Shown here: positions 10,192 to 21,057 of the stretch, one piece after another
Numbering within the stretch: the first letter of the stretch is position 1
Layout of the letters: the number at the start of each line of letters is the position of its first letter
Assembly: GCA_963754875.1 (NCBI GenBank)
Contig: CAVWHO010000022.1
Coordinates: 128,001-192,000 of the forward strand
From: Nitrospirota bacterium
GTDB lineage: Bacteria > Nitrospirota > UBA9217
Direction of reading: 5' to 3'
DNA length: 64,000 bases
Position numbers and translations under genes: made by a program
Notes under the pieces: model-generated
Databases searched by the model: none
What the model was told of the DNA's origin: nothing
The model's input: the letters and a program-made list of their open reading frames with translations, nothing else

Positions 10192-13100
10192 CTAGAGTAG
10201 TTCCTGCAAGCACTTTTTCACCGCATCTGCAGCAGTTCGGAGCGATTCGTCGGGGAGCGCGATTTGGAGCGTGTATTCCGGTATGAGCTTTATCTTCCCT
10301 TTGCTTTTTTTGATGAGAACCATGACCCGGTCCGCCGATATGTTAGCCTGCTCGGTAAAGGTGATCTTTACCAGGTCCTTGCCTGCGTCGATCCGGGCAA
10401 CACTTGCCTTTTTGGCGATAAGCTTGACGCTCATGATCTCAAATAAATTGGCCACGGGTCCGGGCAATGCCCCGTACCGGTCACGGAGCTCATCGAGGAT
10501 ATCGCGGAGCTGCGCCTCATCGGAAGCGCTCGATATTTCCTTGTATGCAGCGAGCCGCAAGCTTACGTCATGGATGTAATCGTCGGGAATAAACGCCGAA
10601 GCGCGCATCGTGATGATCGTATCGGGCTCGGTCGAAATTTCCTCGCCCCGCAGCTCCGCCATGGCCTCTTCCATCATCTGGGTGTACAAATCGATACCGA
10701 CTGCTGCGATGTGGCCCGATTGCTGCTTGCCCAGGAGATTTCCCGCTCCGCGGGTCTCGAGGTCCTGTGCGGCAATGCGGAATCCGGCTCCCAGTTCGGA
10801 CAATTCCTGGATCGCGCGGAGACGTTTGCGCGCAACGTCTGTAAGCGTTTCGTCTTCGGGAGCGAGCAGATAAGCGTAGGCCTTCTCCCTGCTCCTTCCC
10901 ACGCGCCCTTTTATTTGGTACAGATCGGCGAGGCCGAAGCGGTCTGCCCTGTTGATGATAATGGTATTTGCCGTAGGGATGTCGATACCGGACTCGATGA
11001 TCGTCGTGGTCACGAGCACATTCAGCGTTCCCGCGAGAAACTTCGTCATCACGTCCTCGATCTCATCCTCCTTGAGCTGACCGTGCGCGATGCCGACCTT
11101 TGCCTCGGGTACGAGGTTGTGGATGAACTCGGCCATACGCTCGATGCCTTGGACCCGATTGTGAACAAAGAACACCTGGCCGTCCCGTCCTATCTCATGC
11201 AGGATCGCCTCACGGATTACCCGTTTGCCGAAGCGCGCGAGCACGACTTGAATGGCCTGGCGGTCCATGGGCGGGGTCTGAATGATCGATAGATCGCGGA
11301 TGCCGGCGAGCGACATGTGGAGCGTGCGCGGAATCGGCGTGGCCGTGAGCGTAAGCACGTCTACAAGCTTTTTAAATTCTTTTATCCGCTCCTTGTGCTT
11401 GACGCCGAACTTGTGCTCCTCGTCCACCACAAGCAGGCCGAGGTTCTTGAACGCGATGTCCTTCTGGAGCAGCCGGTGCGTGCCAATCACGATGTCCACG
11501 ACCCCGCTCTTCAGTCCCTTGAGCGTTTCCTGCTGCTCGGCCTTTGTCCTGAAGCGCGAGAGCATGTCAACGCGGATCGAGAACGGCAGGACCCGTTCGG
11601 AAAAGGTACGATAGTGCTGATCGGCGAGGAGCGTCGTCGGCACCAGCACCGCCACCTGCATCCCGTCTTCCACTGCTTTGAACGCAGCCCGGAGCGCAAC
11701 CTCCGTCTTGCCGTATCCCACGTCACCGCACACAACCCGGTCCATGGGTCGCGGCCGTTGCATATCGGCAAGCACATCCTCGATGGCTTTCTCCTGGTCA
11801 ACGGTTTCCTCATAGGGGAAGGCTGCTTCGAACTCGCGGTAGAGGTTGTCGGGCGGCGTGAACGTTGATCGGCTTTGTGCCTCGCGGGCGGCATAAATAG
11901 CAACAAGCTCCCGGGCCATCTCAAGGATGTCCTTCTTAACTTTTTCCTTGGTCCTGGCCCAGGCCGGCGCGCCCAAGCGGTCAAGTTTCGGCGCGATCCC
12001 CTCCGTACCGATATACTTCTGCACCTTGTCGAGGCTATAAAGCGGAACGTACAGTTTTGCGTCGGGCTCGTAGCGGAGGGAAAGAAAGTCCGTTTCAAAG
12101 CCGTCGACATTGATATGCGTCAGACCCTGGTACTCGCCCACGCCGTAGTCCGTGTGGACCACGAAATCGCCGGGCTTCAACTCCTTGAAGGTTGAGAGAA
12201 AGGGTGCTGCTTTTGCTCTCGCTGTTGAAGGACGGTGAACCTTTCTTCCGAAGATCTCTTCCTCGGTAATGAAAATAAGGCCGAGCTCCTGCCAGGCGAA
12301 CCCCTCCGACAGCCTGCCAACGGTCACGACAACGGGCCACGGTGCCGCATCCTGGGTCACGAGGTGGGAGGCCAGCGCCACGCCGAGTCCGTATTCCATA
12401 AACAGCTTCTTAAGTCGTGCTGCTGACTCGTCAGTGCCGCAGACGATCATGACGCTGTTGAATTCCCGTAAGCGCCTGAGCTTCTCGACGAGACCCGCCA
12501 TCGTGCCTTCGATCGGTCGGTGCATTGTGTCCTGATCTTCCCTGTTGATCGGCTTGGTAAGACGAACGCTGAGCCAGGAAGAGGACTTTGTGTCCATGCG
12601 AAAGCCGTCGACTCCTGTTCCGAGGAGACGGCTCGCGACAAGGGGAAAATGCGCCAGTTCCTGGTCAAGCCCGGTTTGATCAAGATAAAGCTCCGATGCT
12701 TCAGGCAATATTCTTCCTTCTTCAACCTCTTCCCGTCTGCCCTCCTCGATTTTAAGGCTCTGGGACTCGGCTTCCCGTTTAACGTCCTCGGGCTCGATGC
12801 AGACGAGGAGACTGTTCTCAGGCAAATATCGGAACAGGCTTTCCATGGTATAGAAAAAAGGCGCGAGGAACTCAGCACCCGGAGGAAGAGTCCCTTCCCT
12901 TATCTGGTCGACCAGGGTCTCATTATCCATTGAGCGGCCGAATTGCTCTATGCCTTTATCGTTTATGATCAGCTCTCGCACCGGCAGCACAACGGCTTCC
13001 CTGATCTCTGTGGTCGAGCGCTGCGTTTCAGGATCGAACGCGCGTAACGATTCCATAGTATCGCCGAAGAATTCAATGCGAATGGGCTGCTCGTGGAGCG

Positions 13101-13668
13101 GCGAGAAGAAATCGACGATCCCTCCCCTTCTGCTGAACTCGCCTACGCGGGTAACAAGGGACGAAGATTCGTAGCCTGTTCCTACGAGGGATGCAACGAG
13201 ATGGTCAGGATCAATTTGCGTCGTCGTGGTAATGGTTTTTACCGAATCCGCAAAGAGTTCCCACGGCGGGAGCTTCTGCATCGTTGACAGGACTGGGACA
13301 ACATAGATGCCGGGATTGCCCGAGATCAGACTGTAGAGAACGCGCATGCGCTCTCCCACGGTGCGGCTGTCAGGCGAGTCCGCCTCAAAGGGAAGCACGC
13401 CCCAGGTGGGTAAGACATGGATTTCGGGCGCCCTGCCGTCTGCCTCGCTGTGGAGCGACTTCTGTTGAAAGAAATTCAGGTCATCGACGAGCGCCTCGGC
13501 AGTATCTTCCGAAGCAGTGATCACAATTACGGGGCGGTCGAGCTCGCGCCTCAGGCCGAATAAAAAAAGGGCCTTGGAGGCCCCCCAGAGTTCGCTCACT
13601 TCGATGTTCTTGCGTCCCGCCTGGATGTCGTCGAGGACAGGCAGGAGGATTTCGTGCAGGTTTTTCAT
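10192..13668 (-). CDS. mfd: Transcription-repair coupling factor Mfd
   Basis: UvrB-homology N-terminus, CarD/RID domain, GDVGYGKTEVA, DEEH, QIKGRVGRS, TRG motif. Confidence 0.98.
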   Translation of the reverse strand: MKNLHEILLPVLDDIQAGRKNIEVSELWGASKALFLFGLRRELDRPVIVITASEDTAEALVDDLNFFQQKSLHSEADGRAPEIHVLPTWGVLPFEADSPDSRTVGERMRVLYSLISGNPGIYVVPVLSTMQKLPPWELFADSVKTITTTTQIDPDHLVASLVGTGYESSSLVTRVGEFSRRGGIVDFFSPLHEQPIRIEFFGDTMESLRAFDPETQRSTTEIREAVVLPVRELIINDKGIEQFGRSMDNETLVDQIREGTLPPGAEFLAPFFYTMESLFRYLPENSLLVCIEPEDVKREAESQSLKIEEGRREEVEEGRILPEASELYLDQTGLDQELAHFPLVASRLLGTGVDGFRMDTKSSSWLSVRLTKPINREDQDTMHRPIEGTMAGLVEKLRRLREFNSVMIVCGTDESAARLKKLFMEYGLGVALASHLVTQDAAPWPVVVTVGRLSEGFAWQELGLIFITEEEIFGRKVHRPSTARAKAAPFLSTFKELKPGDFVVHTDYGVGEYQGLTHINVDGFETDFLSLRYEPDAKLYVPLYSLDKVQKYIGTEGIAPKLDRLGAPAWARTKEKVKKDILEMARELVAIYAAREAQSRSTFTPPDNLYREFEAAFPYEETVDQEKAIEDVLADMQRPRPMDRVVCGDVGYGKTEVALRAAFKAVEDGMQVAVLVPTTLLADQHYRTFSERVLPFSIRVDMLSRFRTKAEQQETLKGLKSGVVDIVIGTHRLLQKDIAFKNLGLLVVDEEHKFGVKHKERIKEFKKLVDVLTLTATPIPRTLHMSLAGIRDLSIIQTPPMDRQAIQVVLARFGKRVIREAILHEIGRDGQVFFVHNRVQGIERMAEFIHNLVPEAKVGIAHGQLKEDEIEDVMTKFLAGTLNVLVTTTIIESGIDIPTANTIIINRADRFGLADLYQIKGRVGRSREKAYAYLLAPEDETLTDVARKRLRAIQELSELGAGFRIAAQDLETRGAGNLLGKQQSGHIAAVGIDLYTQMMEEAMAELRGEEISTEPDTIITMRASAFIPDDYIHDVSLRLAAYKEISSASDEAQLRDILDELRDRYGALPGPVANLFEIMSVKLIAKKASVARIDAGKDLVKITFTEQANISADRVMVLIKKSKGKIKLIPEYTLQIALPDESLRTAADAVKKCLQELL

Positions 13669-14038
13669 AACGAAATATTACTATAACACAGCAACACGAC
13701 TAATTCAATATTGACCGGTATTCGATATTATATCGCGCTGTGCGGATCTTAGACACGAAAAAGCATCTTCGGACACGGATAAAGGCGGATTTCGTCATGA
13801 AAGAGCGTGATTATGTTATTGATTTATCCGCTTTGATCAGGGCCTTTATCGGATTTCATCCGCTTGCGCCCAGCGCTTACGACTGAATGTGCGTAGCCTG
13901 CTTCTGCGAAACCGCCGCCAGAAACGAGTGCAGGGGGTGTCAAAGGTTTGTCCTTTGGTTGCGGCAGCAGACCGCACTATGATATAGTGGTTAGGTTCCT
14001 GTTGTTATGGATGTCAGAAGAAGAATGGGGAGAGCGCA

Positions 14039-14821
14039 GTGCGTGAATGGGACCCTCAACAGTACCTGCGGTTCGAACATGAAAGAACACAACCTTCCAT
14101 CGACCTCGTAGCACGAATTCCCTTGGAAGATCCCAAGACCATTATCGATATAGGTTGCGGCCCGGGAAACAGCACTCAAATTTTACGTAAGAGATGGCCC
14201 CATGCCGATATTATCGGCCTCGATAAATCCGAGAAGATGATAGAACGAGCCCGCGCGGATCATCCGGATCAAACATGGATGATCGGAGACGCCTCAACTC
14301 TGGCGGCTGATCGGCAGTATGATATCGTGTTTTCCAATGCGGCGATACATTGGATCCCGGACCATCAGAGGCTAATCCCGCGATTGTTCCAACTTGTAAA
14401 GAAAGACGGAATATTAGCGATCCAGGTTCCTGCTAATTATGAGTCGCCTTTGTACAAAATCATATTGAACGTTGCACGGAGTAGGAAGTGGAGCGCATTC
14501 ACGTCAGGGTGTGACGAGCTGATAACGTATCATAAGGCCGAATATTATTATAAGCAGCTCGCTTCCTTAACGCAGGACATCGCCCTGTGGGAAACGACCT
14601 ACTATCATATTTTGAAATCCCACCAGGACCTTGTGGCGTGGTATAAGAGTACTGCGATGAAACCGATTCTCGAGAGATTGCCGACTGATGATAATAGAGA
14701 GGAATTCGAACAGGCAGTATTAACTGAATGTAAAGAGCACTATCCTCCTCAAAGCGATGGGCGAATTCTCTATCCTTTCAAGAGGCTCTTTTTTACAGGA
14801 CGCAAAACGGTACGAGGGTAG
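14039..14821 (+). CDS. tam: Trans-aconitate 2-methyltransferase-like SAM methyltransferase
   Basis: WDPQQYLRF..ERTQPSIDL, DIGCGPGNST, FSNAAIHW, YPFKRLF. Confidence 0.8.
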   Translation: MREWDPQQYLRFEHERTQPSIDLVARIPLEDPKTIIDIGCGPGNSTQILRKRWPHADIIGLDKSEKMIERARADHPDQTWMIGDASTLAADRQYDIVFSNAAIHWIPDHQRLIPRLFQLVKKDGILAIQVPANYESPLYKIILNVARSRKWSAFTSGCDELITYHKAEYYYKQLASLTQDIALWETTYYHILKSHQDLVAWYKSTAMKPILERLPTDDNREEFEQAVLTECKEHYPPQSDGRILYPFKRLFFTGRKTVRG

Positions 14822-15121
14822 TTTTTTGAAGAGGAAAAAAGTGCTTACTGAACTCTGCACACGGCGCAGTTGCTCCAAGAGTGTAACTTTTATTCTGTAA
14901 TCGTTCTTCTCTTCAACTCACTTTTATACCGCAAACCGACATATCCTCCCGAATTTTCTTTTAACCACTCCCACTGCCTCAAATATGACCCCGTGATATA
15001 CCCTAAAAATACCCCTATCGGGGTATGGCGTTATCCTTCGGTTGGTGATACATAGTATGAAATTTTCGAGGCCTTATCTTCTACACCATGAATGTCTTGA
15101 CCGCAAAAAAGCGAGGACCCA

Positions 15122-15481
15122 ATGCAAGTACAGAAATCAGTTCTTATCGTAGATGATGATGAATTACTTACCGGGGCCATTCAAGAGCTGCTTGAAGAAG
15201 ATGGTTATACGGTATTTTGCTGTTACAACGGTGCTGATGCCATCGAACTTTCAAAAAAACAAAATTTTGATGTGATTCTTACGGATTATCATATGCCGGG
15301 TATGAAGGGCGACGTGGTTTGTAGATTACTGCGCCATCACCACCCTGACGTTTTTATCATTGGCTGCAGTACAGATCATCAAGACAAAACTTTTTTAAGT
15401 GCAGGTGCGGATATTTTTATTCAAAAAAACCAGTTAGTTAAAAATCTTGCTCTTTTAATGAAGAGTAAGACCACGCACTGA
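15122..15481 (+). CDS. Stand-alone response regulator receiver (CheY-like)
   Basis: LIVDDD, LTDYHMPGMKG, conserved Lys near the C-terminus. Confidence 0.88.
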   Translation: MQVQKSVLIVDDDELLTGAIQELLEEDGYTVFCCYNGADAIELSKKQNFDVILTDYHMPGMKGDVVCRLLRHHHPDVFIIGCSTDHQDKTFLSAGADIFIQKNQLVKNLALLMKSKTTH

Positions 15482-15666
15482 ATAGAGGGGGCCATCTAAG
15501 CTGGTCACAATCCGTCTCTGAGGCACACTTAGCTAACAAACTCCAGAAGTCAGAAATCTCAAATTCAGGTCGCAAACCACATTATCTCACGAAATTGCGA
15601 GATAAAATCGCATATACGAGATTTGCCGGTCATACTTGACAGCCACCTTGTAAAAAGTACTTATCG

Positions 15667-15704
15667 GGTAGTGGGTCAGTTTGAATCCAAACTGACCCAC
15701 TACC
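15667..15704. repeat. Perfect 17-bp inverted repeat (REP/MITE-like)
   Basis: GGTAGTGGGTCAGTTTG-AATC-CAAACTGACCCACTACC. Confidence 0.8.
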
Positions 15705-16002
15705 ACTTGTCGCTGTTCCTTTTTGAAATTGTCATTTTATGATATAATTGCTAATGTCAACTGCTTATATCAGTTACGAATAAAGAACCAAGGATACCGC
15801 ATGCATGAGCGCTACTAACCCGATTGATGAATTTATAAAAAAGTCCTTGACTGAAAAATACTCTCTGAGGTAACTTATGATGAAGAAATTCTTCTGAAAT
15901 CCGCAGCAGCTGTATGTATCTGAAATTACGGCCGACCCGCAGAAATATTCGGCCCAAGGCGACACTATCCGATGATATCGGTGGAGATTATTTTAATGTC
16001 GA

Positions 16003-16350
16003 ATGAGGAGGCTCATGAGTTCATACGGAAACGATAAAAGAATCAGACGAAGAATGAAACAGGAGTTCGTGGTGGGAGTCAGGACCAAGCAAGGATTGAA
16101 TGTGGCCTACACAATTGACGTATCCCGTGGCGGTGTAAAGGTTGGAAGCCCACTGCTTCTGCTTCCCCTTGGAGGACATGTGGAACTCGTGATTGATAAG
16201 CGGGGAGAAAAACACCCGTTCTTAGGCCGAGTAGAAAGAGAGGACGGGAATTATTACATCGACCGCATAAGCCGCAGTGTAAACACATTTTTTATCAGGG
16301 TTGACGACCTGCGGTTTTCAACATTTGTGGTCGACAATTATTTTGTATAA
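16003..16350 (+). CDS. PilZ-like domain protein
   Basis: RxxxR (KRIRRR) followed by DxSxGG (DVSRGG). Confidence 0.7.
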   Translation: MRRLMSSYGNDKRIRRRMKQEFVVGVRTKQGLNVAYTIDVSRGGVKVGSPLLLLPLGGHVELVIDKRGEKHPFLGRVEREDGNYYIDRISRSVNTFFIRVDDLRFSTFVVDNYFV

Positions 16351-16764
16351 GGTTTTGACATGCGCTTTTTAAGCGCATACCTTCCTAATTTATATTGTAG
16401 GTTCCGTTTTTTGCAACTCATCACTTATCAACCCGAATGCGTCAGCGCCTACCCATAAAATATCCATTCGATATCGTTGATAATCATTACCATTAATCTG
16501 GAATATCTTCGTGGAAGATGTGGCAATAGGTGAATCGAAAAGATAAAATCCGCGGTTTTCGTAACGTTGTTAACGCGCACTCAAGAACAGCATGATTGGG
16601 CTGATAAATCTATTAGATTTTCCATCTACTTTTTCGGAAGAATTATTACATCGCCGGTTCTATAACGAAGTGCAACCCAAAAACGTTAACGCCTGAGTTT
16701 AGAGCACCGTGACGAAGGATAAAGATAAGAGAGAAAATAAACTCTATGATGATGAAAGCCCTGC

Positions 16765-17454
16765 TCATGCTTTCCCGCCCTCCCATGCCATCGCCTTTTC
16801 ATAATCCTTAAAGAGTTTTTCTCTTTTTCTGAATTCTCGCGAATGAACGCTCCTTCGTGTTCCCCTGAGCAGCGCGCCCAGTGACGCATGAAGCATTTCG
16901 TGGTAGACGATGAAAGCGACAAAGTAGCAGGGTACGGTTTGCCGGTCAAGCACGGGATTAATCCGGATAATATTGGACCTTTCGCTGTAGCTCCCGAGGG
17001 TCCTTCTTCTTACAGAGGAGCGAGGGCTTCTCGTTCCCCAGGTGATCCCGGTGTTGACCAAGCTCCCGAAATATTCTTTGTTGATGGTATCATACAAATC
17101 ACGAAGGTCGTGGTATTTGCCTGCCGTTTTTATGTGGACTGTTTTCAACGGCTTTGTTTTAATCTGCGTTTTGTTATCGCGCAGGAAATTCCTGAACAGC
17201 GGCATCGAGGGTTTTCTTTTTTTGAGATACGAGGCAATCTCATCGAGCACCTGCCGACCGGCGTTCACAAACATCCGATGAAGGCGGACGCGCAGAACGT
17301 GGTTGTGCACCCTTGCCGAAAGCATCGTCGTTGAATTTTCCGTGAGCACGAGAGTAATGGGCCCGCCCAAGCGTTCTTCAAGATAGTATTTGAGCGAGCT
17401 TTCGCTGCTGCCGTGAACAAGGTTTCGTTGTCTGTCGGTTGTGTCTTTACCCAT
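16765..17454 (-). CDS. SprT/M48-like zinc metallopeptidase domain protein
   Basis: LGSY, IRINPVLD, HEMLH, HSREF motifs. Confidence 0.75.
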   Translation of the reverse strand: MGKDTTDRQRNLVHGSSESSLKYYLEERLGGPITLVLTENSTTMLSARVHNHVLRVRLHRMFVNAGRQVLDEIASYLKKRKPSMPLFRNFLRDNKTQIKTKPLKTVHIKTAGKYHDLRDLYDTINKEYFGSLVNTGITWGTRSPRSSVRRRTLGSYSERSNIIRINPVLDRQTVPCYFVAFIVYHEMLHASLGALLRGTRRSVHSREFRKREKLFKDYEKAMAWEGGKA

Positions 17455-17631
17455 AGGATCCGAGCTTAGCTCTCCGGTGCCAGATCTGCTAAACGTTCCC
17501 GTATTGCGTGTTCTTCATTTTATTCTTTATCTCAATGGAAAATTCTACTATACTTTAGACAGTTGAGCAATACTTTCTTCCTTCATTTGTCAGGGGACCA
17601 TCCTGAGTCTTGACGCTAAAGGAGACTGTCC

Positions 17632-17910
17632 ATGAACGATATTGCTTCTCCCGTTGCCCTCCGGCAATTGACTGCGGTTTTTGCTGCCGTATCCGGAGTC
17701 TGTATCCTTGTTTTTCTTGCATTGTTTATTGCATGGTTATATGTAGTTGTTGACATACTGCGGAGTGAATTTAAAAATAACACCGACAAAATGATCTGGT
17801 TTCTTTTTATCATGTTTATGCCTCCCCTTGCTGTTCCTCTCTATTTTATCATTGGTAAAAAGCAAAAGATCAATAACAAGAACAATGATAAAAATTCTCA
17901 GGCATCGTGA
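17632..17910 (+). CDS. Small membrane protein with PLDc N-terminal (PLD nuclease N-term) domain
   Basis: Hydrophobic helices, DILRSEF..KMIW...P...YFIIG pattern; Shine-Dalgarno AAGGAG. Confidence 0.7.
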   Translation: MNDIASPVALRQLTAVFAAVSGVCILVFLALFIAWLYVVVDILRSEFKNNTDKMIWFLFIMFMPPLAVPLYFIIGKKQKINNKNNDKNSQAS

Positions 17911-18014
17911 AGTGATGCTGATAAAGCGATAAAAAAATGATAGAGATAAAATATCCGCTACCGTGTACTTCATGAAATCCGAACACCCCTGCGAGCGCAT
18001 AATTTTTTAGAGGG

Positions 18015-18320
18015 ATGCCAATGAGTGCGTCAAAAAAAGCTAAGAAAAAACCGAGCCGCTGGCTCCTCTACATCCTGAAATGCAGCGACACTACCTTCTA
18101 TACCGGAATCACGAATGACCTGCAACGCCGGATCGAGAGGCATAATGACGGCAGCGCCTCGCGCTACACGCGCAGCCGGCGACCAGTGAAACTGATCTAT
18201 TTCGAGCGATGCCGAAACAAATCGAGCGCACTGAAGAAGGAATGCGCGGTGAAGTCTCTCTCCCGAGTGGAGAAGGAAAAATATATTAATAATAAGCCGG
18301 AAACACTGGGTTCCCGCTAA
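18015..18320 (+). CDS. GIY-YIG nuclease family protein (UPF0213/YhbQ type)
   Basis: LYILKCSD..FYTGITNDL.RRI..HN.G...YTRSRRPV. Confidence 0.9.
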   Translation: MPMSASKKAKKKPSRWLLYILKCSDTTFYTGITNDLQRRIERHNDGSASRYTRSRRPVKLIYFERCRNKSSALKKECAVKSLSRVEKEKYINNKPETLGSR

Positions 18321-18335
18321 CGCCTTTCCGGTATA

Positions 18336-18830
18336 ATGGAAATAGAACCCATGACTGCAAAATTGTTCGAATCCTACCGCCGCGAGTTTCCTGTCACGCA
18401 GAAATATATCTACCTTGACCATGCCTAGGACGCGCCCTTATCGCTGCGTGTGAAGTCGTCAATTGAGACATTTCTTTCAGAAGCCACCCTCGGTGGAGCA
18501 TTTCAATACCCGAAGTGGACCCAGAGATTGTCGAGATAAGACGAGCTTGTGCCCAGAGAATAGAAGAGCAGGTACGCGGTCTGGGTGATGTCATCATCCG
18601 AAACGCAGAAGAGAGGGGCCATTCAATACTGACAAAGACACGACAGTGCGGGGAGGGAACATCACGATAGCCGGCGGTTTTGATCCCTGCGAAGGCAAAG
18701 GAGATATTACAGCAGGCGGGGATCATGGTTAATGTTCGTGGCGGCGGTCTGAGAGTTTCAACACATTTTTGTAATACATATAATACAGAAGGGGAAATTG
18801 CAACGGTTTCCGCTCGCCCAAAGACTGTCG
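18336..18830 (+). pseudogene. Decayed class V PLP aminotransferase (cysteine desulfurase-like)
   Basis: Reads YRREFPVTQKYIYLDHA*DAPLSLRV with an in-frame TAG, then shifts frame; C-terminal remnant GIMVNVRGGGLRVSTHF.NT; ~500 bp versus ~1.1 kb expected. Confidence 0.75.
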
Positions 18831-18859
18831 AAGCGTGGCAGAACGTTGTTCTCCTCCGA

Positions 18860-20449
18860 TCAGAGTGCCTCATACCGTGCATCAAATGCATCCTTACCCG
18901 GGTTTTTCTTAATCCCGTGATCACTGTTCGCACTTACGTGTTCCAGGATCTTGAATATTGTTTCACTGTTCTCTTCTGCTTTGATTCCCTGAGCAATTGC
19001 TTCAATTGAAAATGACATGCCCTTGTTCTTCCGCAAAAGATCCAATACCTCATTTTGTAGTTTGATGACCGTGCCGGCCATCTTCTTCCCAGCCTCGACT
19101 CCGGGTTGGTGGTAAGCATTGATGTTCACAAGAGTGGCATAAAAACCAACAGTCCGCTCGTACAGCGCAACGAGCGTCCCGATCGCCTGTGCGTCAAGCT
19201 TATCGATCGTGATCGTGAGGGACTCCCGGTAGTTTTCGTACAGGGCGTTTCGCGTTCCCTGCAGATAGGCGCTTAAATAATCCCCGCTCGTTACGCCAGG
19301 CTCGATGTCCAGAGACCTTGCCTCCCGGTCATGGAGCACTTCGATGAACGTTGCAAAGAAGTTGTTCACGCCCTCGCGGAGCTGTTGTACATAAGCATGT
19401 TGGTCCGTTGTCCCCTTGTTGCCGTACACTGCAATACCCTGGTTCACAACCCTGTTGTTCAGGTCCTTCCCTTTGCCGAGGGATTCCATAACTAGCTGCT
19501 GGAGATATTTCGGAAACAGCACCAGACGGTCTTTATAAGGAAGGATTACCATGTCTTTGGTCCCGCGACCATTTGTTGCATGAAACCAGGAAAGAGCCAG
19601 AAGGGCCGCAGGATTCGCTCTTGTCTCTTTTTTTCTCGTAACTTCATCGCACATCGCTGCCCCTTTAAGAAAATCTTGCATATTTATTCCCTGGAGGGAC
19701 ATCGGAAGGAGCCCGACAGCAGAAGTTATAGATGTTCTCCCACCTACCCAATCCCACATCGGAAATCTGGCCAACCAACAGTCTTTTTTAGCAATATCAT
19801 CTAGCGTGCTTCCCACTCCTGTAATAGCGACTGCATGTCGCTCAAATGACAAATTCGCTTTCTTGTAGGCTGCGGCGACTTCGAGCATTCCATTCCGGGT
19901 CTCTACCGTTCCTCCGCTTTTTGATATGACAATTGTGAGGGTGTCTACAAGATCATTCCCGACCTCCGCTAGCACGCGGTCGATCCCATCTGGATCGGTG
20001 TTGTCCAAAAAATGTGCCTTCATCTTATCTTTCGACGTACCAAGTGCATCAGCGATGAACTGCGGCCCGAGGGCGGAACCGCCAATCCCGATACTCAGAA
20101 AACGAGTAAAGCGGGCTCGCTTGCGCGGATAGATCTTTCCTGCGTGAACCGAGAACGTAAAATCCTTAATCGCCTGCAGGGTGTTCTCGATCTCTTTGCG
20201 AATATCAGGCGACGGCGCATGTTCCGGCGCCCTGAGCCAGTAGTGCCCTACCATTCGGTTCTCATCGGGATTGGCAATGGCGCCGGATTCGAGGGCGTTC
20301 ATGGCAGCGAAGGCCTTCTGGATTTCTGGCTCCAGGCGCGCAAAAAAGTCATCGGGAAAATTCATTCGACTGATATCAAGCGACAAGCCGGCTGAGGGGA
20401 TTGCGCAGTGATTTTTTTTGTAACGTTCCCAGAGAGATTTGCTGTTCAT
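18860..20449 (-). CDS. pgi: Glucose-6-phosphate isomerase
   Basis: [46 protein letters not shown]; start taken at MNSKSL. Confidence 0.96.
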   Translation of the reverse strand: MNSKSLWERYKKNHCAIPSAGLSLDISRMNFPDDFFARLEPEIQKAFAAMNALESGAIANPDENRMVGHYWLRAPEHAPSPDIRKEIENTLQAIKDFTFSVHAGKIYPRKRARFTRFLSIGIGGSALGPQFIADALGTSKDKMKAHFLDNTDPDGIDRVLAEVGNDLVDTLTIVISKSGGTVETRNGMLEVAAAYKKANLSFERHAVAITGVGSTLDDIAKKDCWLARFPMWDWVGGRTSITSAVGLLPMSLQGINMQDFLKGAAMCDEVTRKKETRANPAALLALSWFHATNGRGTKDMVILPYKDRLVLFPKYLQQLVMESLGKGKDLNNRVVNQGIAVYGNKGTTDQHAYVQQLREGVNNFFATFIEVLHDREARSLDIEPGVTSGDYLSAYLQGTRNALYENYRESLTITIDKLDAQAIGTLVALYERTVGFYATLVNINAYHQPGVEAGKKMAGTVIKLQNEVLDLLRKNKGMSFSIEAIAQGIKAEENSETIFKILEHVSANSDHGIKKNPGKDAFDARYEAL

Positions 20450-20659
20450 TGTTTGTGTACCTCTAAGATAGGGATAGGAACGAATGACCGAATAGGATGA
20501 ATCAATTCCGTCCACAGGATTTACCTGCGGCTGCTGAAAAAGTCATGCAATGGTTCAACGGGCGTCACGGGTGGATTAAAGCAACAGTTTGGGAAAAATT
20601 CGCCCTTTCGGCCTGGCTGGTCGAGAGTGGCCGGAGCTTTTTCCGCCGCGCAGCCGACA

Positions 20660-20905
20660 TCATTCTTCTTTTCCGTACACTGCCCGTATCCTTTTCCCGA
20701 GCTCCCGAAGGGCCTCGGAAAATGTCTTTCCCTGGTCCATGAGCTCACGAACGACCTCTGCCTTGCTTAAGGACGCGATCACCTCATCATTCTCGTCCAC
20801 GATCTCGCAGGCGTTTTCACCCTTTTCGAGCTGCTCGCGGATGCAGGTCTCGAGCTGTTCAGGAGAATACTTGTCTACAATTTTTTTTAAATCCTGGGTT
20901 TTCAT
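20660..20905 (-). CDS. Small helical hypothetical protein
   Basis: Coherent 81-aa ORF with natural composition, co-directional with pgi. Confidence 0.6.
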   Translation of the reverse strand: MKTQDLKKIVDKYSPEQLETCIREQLEKGENACEIVDENDEVIASLSKAEVVRELMDQGKTFSEALRELGKRIRAVYGKEE

Positions 20906-21057
20906 TGTGGGGACCGAAAACAATAAAAACATTTTATCATAAAATCCTCTTGATATGAACGCTATTTTTTCACTTTTATTCTTCTGTCCGCGATGACGCG
21001 TTCGCTTTTGAGAAAAAGGTGTTTTTTACTCAGGCTGCTTTATGGTAATATACGCTC

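Noticed and set aside
18425..18430. In-frame TAG as possible pyrrolysine codon, given the methyltransferase context
   Set aside because: It lies in an aminotransferase remnant that also has frameshifts and a large deletion; no pyl genes or amber-containing methyltransferases are in the window.
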